DNA from: Mobula birostris
Taxonomy: Eukaryota
DNA length: 64,000 nt
Assembly: GCF_030028105.1 (NCBI RefSeq)
Contig: NC_092370.1
Coordinates: 81,922,969 to 81,986,968 of the forward strand
Direction: 5' to 3'
A model generated the notes under the pieces. The model ran no database searches. It saw nothing but the letters and a program-made list of their open reading frames with translations, and was not told the origin of the DNA. The translations under genes were made by a program, and so were the position numbers. Shown here piece by piece: positions 11,600 through 22,910 of this stretch (position 1 is its first letter; every line of letters begins with the position of its first letter).

Positions 11600-14500
11600 A
11601 GTGGGATTCAGATTTCTGGATCATTGGGACCTCTTCTGGGGCAGGTGTGACGTGTACAAAAAGGACGGGTTGCACCTGAATCCGATGGGGACCAATATCC
11701 TGGCGGGAAGGTTTGCTAAGGCTATAGTTTAAACTAGAAATGCTGGGGGGTGGGAACCAAACTGAAGTGACGAAGGAAAGGGAGGTTGGCTGACAAATAG
11801 AGAAAGTTTAGAGACAGTGCGAAAAGGAGGATAGGCAGGTGATAGAGAAGGCACGCGCTCAGTCCGATGGTTTGAGATGTGTCTATTTTAATGCGAGGAG
11901 TATTATGAATAAAGCGGATGAGCTTAGAGCGTGGATCAGCACTTGAAGCTATGATGTTGTGGCCATTACAGAGACTTGGATGGGTCAGAGACAGGAATGG
12001 TTACTTCAAGTGCCAGGCTTTAGGTATTTCAGAAAGGATAGGGAGGGAGGCAAAAGAGGTGGGGGCGTGGCACTGTTGATCAGAGATAGTGTCACGGCTG
12101 CAGAAAAGGAGGAAGTCATAGAGGGGTTGTCTACGGAGTCTCTGTGGGTGGAAGTTAGGAATAGGAAGGGGTCAATAACTCTCTTGGGTGTTTTTTATAG
12201 ACCACCCAATAGTAACAGAGACATTGAGGAGCAGATAGGGAGACAGATTCTGGAAAGGAGTAATAATAGCAGGGTTGTTGTGGTGGGAGATTTTTATTTC
12301 CCAAATATTGATTGGCATCTCCCTAGAGTGAGGGGTTTCGATGGGGTGGGGTTTGTTAGGGGTGTTCAAGAAGGTTTCTTGAGACAATATGTAGATAAGC
12401 CTATAGGAGGAGAGACTGTACTTGATCTGGTATTGGGAAATGAACTTGGTCAGGTATCAGGTCTCTTAGTAGGAGAGCATTTTGGAGAGCAATTCTATCT
12501 CCTTTACTATCGCATTGGAGAGGGATAGAAACAGACAAGTTAGGGGAACGTCTAATTGGAGTAAGGGGAATTATGAGGCTATCAGGCAGGAACTGGGAAG
12601 CATAAATTGGAAAGAGATGTTCTTATAGGGAAATGTACCGAAGAAATGTGGCAAATGTTCAGGGGATATTTGCATGGGGTTCTGAGTAGGTACATTCCAA
12701 TGAGACATGGAAAGGATGGTAGGCTACAAGATCCATTGTACAACAAAGGCTGTTGTAAATCTAGTCAAGAAGAAAAGAAGAGCTTATGAAAGGTTCAAAA
12801 AACTAGGAAACGATATGAATCTAAAAGATTATAAGGCTAGCAGGAAGGAGCTTAAGAGTGAAATTAGGAGAGCCAGAAGGGGCCATGAGAAGGCCTTGGT
12901 GGACAGGATTAAGGGAAATCCCAAGACATTCTACAAGTATGTGAAGAGCAAGAGGATAAGTGTGAGAGAATAGGACCAATCAAGTGTGACAATGGAAAAG
13001 TGTGGAACCAGAGGAAATAGCGGAGGTACTTAATTAATACTTTGCTTCAATAATCACTGCCAAAAAGGATCTTCAGAATTGTCGGGATGACTTGCAGTGG
13101 ATTGAAAAGCTTGAGAATGTAGGCATTAAGAAAGAGGATGTGCTGGAGCTTTTGGAAAGCATCAAGTTGGATACGTCACCGAGACCGGATGGGACATACC
13201 CCAGGCTGCTGTGGGAAGTCAGGGAGGAGATTGCTGAGCCTCTGGCAATGATCTTTGCATCATCAATGAGGATGGGAGAGGTTTTGGAGGATTGGAGGGT
13301 TGCGGATGTTGTTCCCTTATTCAGGAAAGGGAGTAGGGATAGCCCAGGAAATTATAGGCCAATGAGTCTTACTCCAGTGGTTGGTAAGTTGATGGAGAAG
13401 ATCCTGAGAGGCAGGATTTATGTATGTTTGGAGAGCCATAATATGATTAGGAATAGTCAGCATGGCTTTGTCAAAGGCAGGTCGTGCTTTACGAGCCTGA
13501 TTGAATTTTTTGAGGATGTGACTAAACACATTGATGAAGGTAGAGCCATAGATGTAGTGTATATGGATTTTAGCAAGGCATTTGATAAGGTACTCCATGT
13601 AAGGCTTATTGAGAAAGTAAGGAGATATGGGATCCAAGGGGACATTGCTTTGTGGATCCAGAACTTGCTTGCCCACAGAAGGCAAAGAGTAGTTGTAGAC
13701 GGGTCATATTCTGCATGGAGGCTGGTGACCAGTGGTATGCCTCAGGGATCTGTTGTGGGATCCTTACTCTTTGTGATTTTTATAAATGACCTGGCTGAGG
13801 AAGTGGAGGGATGGGTTAGTAAATTTGCTGATGACACAAAGGTTGGGGGTGTTGTGGATAGTGTGGAGGGCTGTCAGAGGTTACAACAGGACATTGATAG
13901 GATGCAAATCTGGGCTGAGAAGTGGCAGATGGAGTTCAACCCAGGTAAGTGTGAGGTGGTTCATTTTGATAGGTCAAACATGATGGCAGAATATAGCATT
14001 AATGGTAAGACACTTGGCAGTGTAGAGGATCAGAGGGATCTTGGGATCCGAATCTATAGGACACTCAAAGCTGCTACACAGGTTGACTCTGTGGTTAAGA
14101 AGGCATACAGTGCATTGGCCTTCATCAATCGTGGGACTGAGTTTAAGAACCGAGAGGTAATGTTGCAGCTATTTAGGACCCTGGTCAGACCCCACTTGGA
14201 GTACTGTGCTCATTTCTGGTCCCCTCACTATAGGAAGGATGTGGAAACCATAGAAAGGGTGTAGATGAGATTTACAAGGATGTTGCATGGAATGGGGAGC
14301 ATGCCTTATGAGAATAGGTTGAGTGAACTCAGCCTTTTCTCCTTGGAGCGACAGAGGATGAGAGGTGACTTGATAGAACTGTACGAGATAATGAGCAGCA
14401 TTGATCATGTGGATAGTCAGAGGCTTTTTCCCAGGGCTGAAATGGCTAACATAGTTTTAAGGTGCTTGGAAGTAGGTACAGAGGAGATGTCAGGGGTAAG

Positions 14501-14720
14501 TTTTTTATGCAGAGAGTGGTGAGTACGTGGAGTAGGCTGCTGGTGACGGTGGTGGAGGTGGAAACTATAGGGTCTTTTAAGAGACTCCTGGATGGGTACA
14601 TGGAGCTTAGAAAAATAGAGGGCTATGGGTAAATCCTAGGTAGTTCTAAAGTAGGAACATGTTTGGCACAGCTTTGAGGACCGAAAAGTCTGTATTGTGC
14701 TGTGTGTTTTCTATGTTTCT
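11600..14720 (+). mobile_element. CR1 LINE, 5'-truncated in ORF1, near-complete but disrupted ORF2
   Basis: ORF1 end GFRFLDHWDLFWGRCDVYKKDGLHLNP (SGNH esterase-type DxxH motif). Endonuclease motifs FNARS, AITETW, GVFYRPP, VVGDF. RT motifs GNYRPMSLT, QHGF, MDFSKAFD, PQGS, KFADD. 3' tail tttctatgtttct. Confidence 0.95.
11872..14690 (+). pseudogene. CR1 ORF2 (AP endonuclease + reverse transcriptase), frameshifted, with stops
   Basis: Consecutive ORF fragments 11959..12528, 12707..12973, 13092..14264 and 14265..14522. End coordinate approximate. Confidence 0.9.
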
Positions 14721-14844
14721 TGGATTTACTGTGTGTGCCGGTAAGAAAAGGAATCTTAGGGTTGTTTCTGGTGACATATACCGAATTACTTTGACCATAA
14801 ATTTACTTTGAACTTTGAAATACCAATTAAAACTATGAAATACT

Positions 14845-15020
14845 TCAATGTAGTGGAGAGCAGTTTGAGTATATTGACTGGTTGCATTACAGCCTGGTAT
14901 GGAAACACCAATGCCTTTGAATAGAAGACTGAGTGGATATGGCTCAGTCCTCCTACAAAGTACATCTACATGGAGCAGGAAAACAGCATCAATCATCAAG
15001 GACCCCCACCATCTAAGCTG
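14845..15020 (+). mobile_element. Rex1/Babar internal fragment
   Basis: atattgactggttgcattacagcctggtatgga = ILTGCITAWYG, matching VLTGCITVWYG in ORF 18798..19307. Confidence 0.7.
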
Positions 15021-15194
15021 TTAAAAATATGGGCTGTGACCTTTAATTTTACCAAAGTAATTTTAGTGCAAGAGTGTTTATTAGGTGCATCAAAAAACAA
15101 ACAAATGTTTGTGAAAATAGTGATAAAATGCCAATATTTACGAGAAGCTATCTACAAGAAACACAAAATAGCCTTGTGTGAACTTCTGGAAGTC

Positions 15195-15518
15195 TCCATG
15201 ACCATGATTGTTTCTGGCAATTTTTTCTACATAAATGGCTTGCCATTGCCTTCCCCTGGGCAGTACTTTACAAGACATGTGACCCAGCCATTATCAATAC
15301 TCTTACGAGATTATCTGCCTGGCTTCAGTGGTCGCATAACCAGGACTTGTAATATGTACCAGCTGCTCATATGACCATCCACCACCTGCTCCCATGGCTT
15401 CACATGAGCCTGATCAGGGTGCTAAGCAGGTGCTACACCTTGCCCAAGGGTGATTATAGAGGCTAGCAGAGGGAAGTTGCACCTCCTTTGGTATTGATGT
15501 ATCCCTACCCCACTACAC
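15195..15518 (-). mobile_element. Short RTE-related non-autonomous retroelement
   Basis: tggcttgccattgccttc resembles the RTE/BovB-type 3' tail motif in reverse complement. No ORF. Family assignment is by recognition only. Confidence 0.55.
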
Positions 15519-16064
15519 ATACCATCTTTAATTACCAATAAAGTTAACTTAGGATTACACATGAATTAGAATATGATGCACCCCACAATGTAATTGCAAT
15601 CATATTACAAACTAAACAGAAGTATTTACTTTAAATGCTGTATACAAACAACATATACAGATTTACATATCCCTATTACTAAAGAAATAGAGTATTCCAC
15701 TGTGTATGGAGGGAAAGGTGCCATAAAGCCAACTCAGGTGCATTAGTTCAGTTTAGGACCCAGTGGATGCCACGGAACTGCGGGAGACAACAGCATGTTA
15801 CAGCGGAACACTCAACACAATCGCACACATAGAGTTTAAGTAGAAATAAAGAATGAAGTTAAGCTAAACTTCAGTGTCTGACTCTGAATGTGTGCAGCAA
15901 TGCAAGTGGGGGTGGGGGGGGGAGTGTCGTGTGGAGCATTGGGTTAATTATGAGAGTAGATCAGGGAAGACATTGAAGTGTGTACAGTCACCAGAATGAC
16001 AAAGCAATGTTTGTGTATGTGTGAATGCATGTGTGTAAGGAGTGCGTTCACTGAGTGCTGTTTG

Positions 16065-16835
16065 TCACACAGGCCCTGCTTCCTTCTCGCTGCTGCCATC
16101 AAGAAGGTGGTACAGGAACCTCAGGACCTACACTTCCAGGGTTCAGGAACAGTTATTACCCCATCATCCATCAGGCTGTTAAATCAGAGGGGATAACTTC
16201 ACTTGCCTCATTACTGAACTGTTCCCACAAATATAGATTTTCTTTCAAGGTCTCTTCATCTAATGTTCTCGATACTTATTGCTTGCTTGATTTGCTTGTT
16301 TGTAGTTAGTTAATTATATTTTTCTTTTGTATTTGCCATTTTGTTGTCTTTTGCACATTAGTTTTTGTCCATCCTGTTGGGTGTGGTCTTTGATTGATTC
16401 TTACATTGAGATGTGATAGAGGTTTACGAGGTTATGAGAGGCATCGACAGAACGGACAGAGAGTATCTTTTTCCCAGGGTTGTAATCTCTAATACTAGGT
16501 GTCATGCTTTGAAGGTGAGAGGGGTTGTGAGGAGTAAGTTTTTAACTCAGAGTTGTGGATGCCTTTTAAGAGATATATGGATAGGCACATGAATGTAAGG
16601 AAGATGGAGGGATATGGATATGGTGAAGGTAGGAAAGATTAGTGTTTGGGTGCTTTTGGTTTGCTTTTCAGCTGATTCAGCACAACATTGTGGTCGGAGT
16701 GGCCTGCTACTGTGCTGTACTGTTCTATGTTCTGTAGTGTTTCTTGGATTTTCTGAGCATGCCTGGAAGATAATGAATCTCAGGGTTGGATATAGTGACA
16801 TACATGTACTTCGATAATAAATTTAGTTTGAGCAT
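16065..16835 (+). mobile_element. Rex1/Babar 3' fragment split by a CR1 3' fragment
   Basis: FRNSYYP motif (ORF 16055..16309); same 3' UTR as 11350-11599 plus 14714-14818. Confidence 0.85.
16402..16733 (+). mobile_element. CR1 3' fragment nested in a Rex1/Babar 3' UTR
   Basis: atagaggtttacgaggttatgagaggcatcgacaga...tgtgctgtactgttctatgttct tail, like that at 35835-35858. TTCT is present at both junctions. Confidence 0.85.
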
Positions 16836-17047
16836 TAAACTTAATTGTTTTAATAGTATTTTTTGTATTAATTAATAGGACATATACTGAAGCTTGGAAA
16901 TTTTTCCTTCATTTTGAATTCTGTTCTTTTTAATGACATCCTTTAATAGACCAAACAAATTGTCACAATCTGTTCTTTTTCATTTTAAGAATTTGTCTAT
17001 ATTAACTTAAAATATAATTAAATTGATTACACAGTAGTCAAATTTAT

Positions 17048-17218
17048 CAACACAAGAGATGTTGCAGATTCTGGAAATCCAGCATCACACACACAAAATG
17101 CTGGAGGAACTTAGCAGGTCAAGGAGCATCCAAGGAGAGGAATAAATGTTGACTGTCCATTCCTCTCCATTGATGCAGCCTGATCTGAGGAGTTCCTCTA
17201 GCGTTATGTGTGTGTTGA
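17048..17218. mobile_element. Fold-back made of two inverted Penelope-like termini
   Basis: Arm 17086-17143 (cacacacaaaatgctggaggaacttagcaggtcaaggagcatccaaggagaggaat) is the imperfect reverse complement of 17159-17217. Confidence 0.8.
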
Positions 17219-18524
17219 TTAGTTTTGTTTATCACATAAAGGTGGTGTAAGCTGACTGCTATAAACTTCTGATGCCCGATAGATTTATTTCTGATCACTG
17301 GAAAAACAATATTGTGGCTTCACTTTCAACTGACTATTATTAGCATGTTGGGTATTTTGAAATGAAGATTTCCTCTTAGTTTCCCCAACCACTAAGTCGT
17401 CACTAATCGTTCCACCCGCCCCACCTTAACAACCCTTCCCATTTAATATGTCTCAGCTACCTCATGGATCCCCACTCATTCCCTACCCCATATCAAATTC
17501 CTTACTCTTCCTCTTTGTGTTTGGGCCAGGGTTGTATTCCAGATGGACAAAAATATTATAATTGTTGCCACACCATGCAACATCTAGACAACTCCAATTG
17601 TCCAGTAGGGAATCATTTGTGTTTTTGTGTATGCATTCCAGTTGTTGTTGTTAATTTCCTTTCTTGGGAAGAATTTGCATTAATTAAGCTTTTCTCTAAT
17701 TTCTTCATTAATGTTGTCTCTAAAGATCCTTTCCCTAGAAAATACTGAGCAATTAAATATTAATCTTTCAAAATGGAAACTTTGACTTATGCCTGATATA
17801 GAATGCAGCAGTTTAGTTTGAAATTTGGTAAACAGTTTTATAGCAGTTGTAAGTAAGTGACAGAAGTTAACAAATCAATTTCAATATTGTGGCATTTCCA
17901 AGTTGTTCAAGTAGTATTCTAACAACTGGATACTCGGTAGGAATTATGATTGTTCTGAATTCCTGCATCTGCAACTGTTTTGCTTCTTGATTACAACTGT
18001 TCATTTTATTGATAGTATTCTTATGTTACATATTGAAATGAGATTCTGACAGCATTGTGGAATATGCTCCATATGCTAAACACTCTGATTTCATGCCATC
18101 AACTGTGTCAGTATATCTGTTGTAGTTTGCTAGAAATAAATGACATTGGTCCTTTCTAAATATTAATCATCTGTCCTTGAGTCACGTCCATTTGATTACA
18201 TGTTCTTGTACTTTTCTGATGTGCTGCACACATATATCAATAAGCACATTAATTGATAAGAAACTTCATAAAATTCATGCAAAAGAGATTCATTGAAAGC
18301 TATCTTCATTGCATCAAACTCTTGTAATTCAAGTCGATTGATACCAATAATTTCCCTAGTAATCATTTTCAGTTTGTTGGTTGCATAATGTTAGTAAAAC
18401 CATTTTTTTATAATGGTGTGTAAACTAGAATACAATAAAGATGGCTTACTGACCATCAAACCTGTTTTGCGTGTAATGTAACTTGAGGGGCATGACATCT
18501 TTAAGTTTTATTGTCAATTTAAGG

Positions 18525-19777
18525 CAGTCAATGGCAGATGCAATCTCAATAGCTCTCCATATGGCTTTAGAGCCCTAGACAACATAAACACCTACCTCAG
18601 GATGCTGTTCATTGACTATAGCTCAGCATTTATTACCACCATTCCCAGAATCCTGAATGAGAAGTTGCAGAACCTGGGCCTCTGTACCCCACTCTGCAAT
18701 TGGATCCTCGATTTCCTAACCGGAAGATCACAGTCTGTGCGGATTGGTGATAACATATCCTCGTCGCTGACGATCAACACTGACACACCTCGGGTGTGTG
18801 CTTAGCCCACTGCTCTACTCTCTGTATGCACATAACTCTGTGGCTAGGTATAGCTCAAATACCATAGACAAATTTGCTGACAATACAACTATTGTTAGTA
18901 GAATATCAGGTGGTGACGAGAGGGCGTACAGGAGTGAGATATGCCAACTCATGGAATGGTGCCGCAGAAACAACCTGGCACTCAACGTCAGTAAAACGGA
19001 AGAGCTGATTGTGGACTTCAGGAAGGATAAGACGGAGGAACACATACCAATCCTCATAGAGGGATCAGAAGTGGAGAGAGTGAGCAGCTTCAAGTTCCTG
19101 GGTGTCAGGATCTTTGAAGATCTAACCTGGTCCCAACATATCGATGTAGTTATAAAGAAGGCAAGACAGTGGCTATACTTTATTAGGAGTTTGAAGAGAT
19201 TTGGCATGTCAACAGATACACTCAAAAACTTCTATAGTTGTACTGTGAAGAGTGTTCTGACAGGCTGCATCACTGTCTGGTATGGAGGGGCTACTGAACA
19301 AGACTGAAAAAAGCTGCAGAAGGTTGTAAATCTAGTCAGCTCCATCTTGGGTACTAGCCTACAAAGTACCCAGGACATCTTTAGGGAGCAGTGTCTGAGA
19401 AAGGCAGCGTCCATTATTAAGGACCTCCAGCACCCAGGGCATGCCTTTTTCTCGCTGTTACCATCAGGTAGGAGATACAGAAGTCTGAAGGCACACACTC
19501 AGCGATTCAGAAACAGCTTCTTCCCCTTTGCAATCCAATTCCTAAATGGACATTGAAGCTTTGGACACTACCTCACATTTTTTACTATTTAGAATTTCTG
19601 TTTTTGCACATTAAAAAAAATCTATTCAATGTACGTAATTGATTTTCTTATTTATTATTATGTTTTATTTTATTATTATTTTCCCGCTCTGCTAGATTAT
19701 GTATTGCATTGAACTGCTGCTGCTAAGTTAACAAATTTCACGTCACATGCCAGTGATAATAAACCTGATTCTGATTC
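18525..19777 (+). mobile_element. Rex1/Babar LINE, 5'-truncated RT and 3' UTR
   Basis: ORFs 18602..18805 ([19 protein letters not shown]), 18798..19307 ([33 protein letters not shown]) and 19347..19556. Tail aataaacctgattctgatt. Confidence 0.93.
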
Positions 19778-21964
19778 GTCTCAGCATCACTCTTCTGGGG
19801 TGCATCCATTTCTCTCAGCTAACTGATCTGTGTTCATTATATTTTATTTTATTGGCTGAGTTTATATTAATCATAAATTAATTTATTTTGAACCTAAGTT
19901 AAATATTGCTTGAAATTTCAATTCAAAACCTCACATCAACTCCAGTAACAGATTCTTTGTTCTAGAGTTTGCCTATAAAGTACCACAGATTTGGTGATCA
20001 TGTATTCTGTGGCTTCTCCTCATAAAACTGGCAAAGTCCTTTTAGCGTGGAATGTTAATGGAGTTGAGTAATGGGCACTGCTTGCTGTTGTGACAGCTCA
20101 GATAGGAGTGGGTGCTCAACACTACAAACCTAGAGACATGAGATCCTTATGGACAGTAGCATTGTTGCAGTAAAAACAGCAGAAAGGCTGTTAAAGGCAG
20201 CGGCTGACCACGTTGTGTATTAAAAGGGTCAACAGAGTCTGTTGGGAATCTGGTTGCAAGAATGGCAAAGAAGTGCATTGGCATATTTGGGTGGCGCAGA
20301 ACAATTAAAGAAAGCAGGTGGCTGGACTTCATTGGGACATAGGGATAGCTGATATGCATGAGGAATCAACATGGTTGAGCTAAAGGTTTAAAAGAAGGGC
20401 TATTTAGATTTTCAGCAGACCAAACAGTGAAGAAAATGGGGATAAAACTGCAAAAGAAAAAAAATGGATATTATTTACAAATTGAAAGAAACTGCTGGGA
20501 ATTTGAAGGAATAGTATAATTCCAAGTAACTTCCATCTCAGATATGTTACTTGTTCTCACTTTTGTAAGAGCGGTAATCTTCCAATATTCTAAACCCTTA
20601 ATTGCAAACCAATGTAAAACTGTTGGCTTTTTGGATTGGATATGGAATAGACATAGCTTCTGCCATATTGTATTTGTCCAGGAGGCATGGCTATTTGATG
20701 GCTGTACTGTAATAACAGTCAGATTTAGTTTTTAGTGCTTATAGATTCCTGCCCATAATATTAATTAACTTGACAGCACACCAGAAAGGATTGAAAGTTT
20801 AAACATTTAAATTACTGACGGTCTTAACTGCTACCATTTACCCCATGCCATACAGGATTCTCAGAGTATTGGTTATTTGGGTTCATTGCAAATGTCTTCA
20901 CACCAACTCGAAAGTTTCAGGATGAATGCACTCAGTAAGTAATGAAAGCAAGCAAATGTGTGAATGACACTTGAAACTGGAATCTGAGATTCATGCTTCT
21001 GTGGGTTGAGAGTTCAACACTGTTGCAATATATATTGCATACCTCAGGCTGATTAACTCTGGAAAGGCAGGGGCAACATGCACTACTTTTAATTACAGAA
21101 TTTGATTGACATCCTTTAAGGAAGCATAGTTAACTATTCAATCAAAAACTTTGCAGTGGTGCAAAATGAGCATTACTTCAGATTAAAACTCTACAGGTTG
21201 TAGGACATGATGGTTAGGTGATTGGACACTACTACTTCTATGAAGTTCTCTGCACAACCTTTTATTTGAACACTCAAGAGCTGCATGAATTGAAAAGGTT
21301 ATAGCATTATCAAGATAGTGATGACCCAGAGCCTCCAGGCAGAGTAAATGTTTTTCTGACTTTATCTGATCCAGGACCAGAACAAAATTAGATTATTTGT
21401 TATTACGTGTATGTGACCTTCAGGTAAGAAATTGTAGGGATCATTAAAATTCGAACAGATTTATTGTTGGCATGTAGCACAGTGAGGATGAAAACATCGT
21501 AGTTTTGAAAATTATGCATTATTTTTAGAAGCAGAGTTTGTAAAATAAGATAATTGTCAGGTGCCTTCCACAGTCTATCCTTATGGCCAAAAATTGTTAG
21601 CCTCTATTCAGATTCTAATCCATTTGAAATTCCTTCTTGCATTCCGATTGTGCTCTTTTACACTTTGACCAAGACAGGGCCACAGGTATACTGCAAGTTC
21701 AGTCAATTCCAAGTGCTAAAGTCGCTGGAAACCAGATATGATGTTGGGAGTCTAGATAATTCAGTAATGTTGGTAACTAGGCTTATCAGTATCATAATGC
21801 CTTTAACTATTGAATCCAGTGTTGCAGGGATATCACAGGTTTGCTTTCAAATTTCCAGGTCATCAGTAAGCTGTCATAATTAACACACACCCTGTGTTGT
21901 GTCTGAACAAACAAATTTTTAATTGTGTTTGTACAAAGCCATCTATCTTCAGTACCCATTTTCT

Positions 21965-22910
21965 AATTTTGTTATGGGATGTCGGCATCACTGGCATCTC
22001 TAATTAGTACCTGCTACCATACAGAGTAGGGGTCATAGCAAACAAGGGGTTGACTTGAGCCAGACCTTGTAAGGATCGAAGTTCAAAGTTCATTTATGTT
22101 TTTGAAGTATGTATATACCACTTTGAGCTATATACGACTTCGAGATTCGTCTTATTGAGGCAGCCACAAAACAAAGAAATGCATTAGAACCCATTAAAAT
22201 ACCTCACACAACAAAGACCATCAAACACCCAATGTGTGGGGAAAAAAACATGCTGCAAACAATAAAAAGGTCAACAAATAACACACAGAACATGAACTGC
22301 AGAGTGCCCTAAAGTGAGTCCACAGAGCTAGTTCAGTGTTGCAGCCAGTCCAGAAGCCCGATGGCTGCAGGTCGCAGCCATGGAGCAAGTGAAGCTGGTC
22401 CAAGAGCATGATAGCTGTAGGCTGCAGCCACAGAGCCAGTTTAGCGCTGAGACAAATGCCGATGGATGCAGTTTAGCGCTGAGACGAATGCTGATGGATG
22501 CAGGCCACCGCTGCTGATTCAGTTTAGTGCTGAGGCCAGTAAGCCTCATCGATTGGTGAGCTGAACACTGGTTTTTCATTTGCCCTTAGCCTTGACACCT
22601 TGATCCTTTTAATCTGGTTTGGCACTTAAATCGGCTAAACCATGATTTGTTTTTCACTCTCGGACTCAGGCCCCGCTGCTCTGGTCTGGCTCCAAGTCTG
22701 CTCTAGAAGCGGCCTCTGTGGTCATACTGAGTGGCAGAGAACCAGATGAATTTACATGACAGTTTAGTAATTTCATGGTTGTTATTACTAGCTTTTTATT
22801 CCAGGTTTATTTTACTACCTGGATTTAAATTCCGCAGTTACTCTGGTGGGATTTGAATTCCTGTTTCTGGATTAATGGCACAGTTTTTTTAACTAATATG
22901 GCACCTTACC
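21965..22910 (-). mobile_element. Ancient SINE remnant (21965-22075 and 22740-22910) split by a younger insertion
   Basis: Reverse-complement similarity to the + strand copy at 42568-42890 (gggatgt..gcatcactggc, tttcatggtt, tttaaattcc, gggatttgaa). Confidence 0.55.
22077..22735 (-). mobile_element. Non-autonomous retroelement with a Rex1/Babar-type 3' tail
   Basis: Begins with gttcaaagttcattta (reverse complement of the tttgaac tail) plus 3' UTR-like sequence. GC-richer non-coding body with a 32-bp tandem duplication at 22439-22502. Confidence 0.65.

Larger units (their letters stand above)
11165..14818 (+). mobile_element. Rex1/Babar 3' fragment (11165-11599 and ~14714-14818) split by a 3.1-kb CR1
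   Basis: ORF 11134..11355 DPHLPGCDLLSLLPSERRYRSLRTHTTRIRNSYYPSTVRLLN. The 3' UTR resumes after the CR1 and ends in a tttactttgaactttgaa tail. Confidence 0.85.

Noticed and set aside
13317-13685. Antisense and alternative-frame ORFs over LINEs (also 34774, 40233, 45176, 53043)
   Set aside because: Shadow ORFs of transposon coding or low-complexity sequence.
21418-21430. Consensus splice donor CAG/GTAAGA
   Set aside because: No upstream acceptor with a plausible open exon.
22439-22502. 32-bp repeats as a CRISPR-like array
   Set aside because: Two adjacent copies without spacers, inside a retroelement in eukaryotic DNA; no cas genes.
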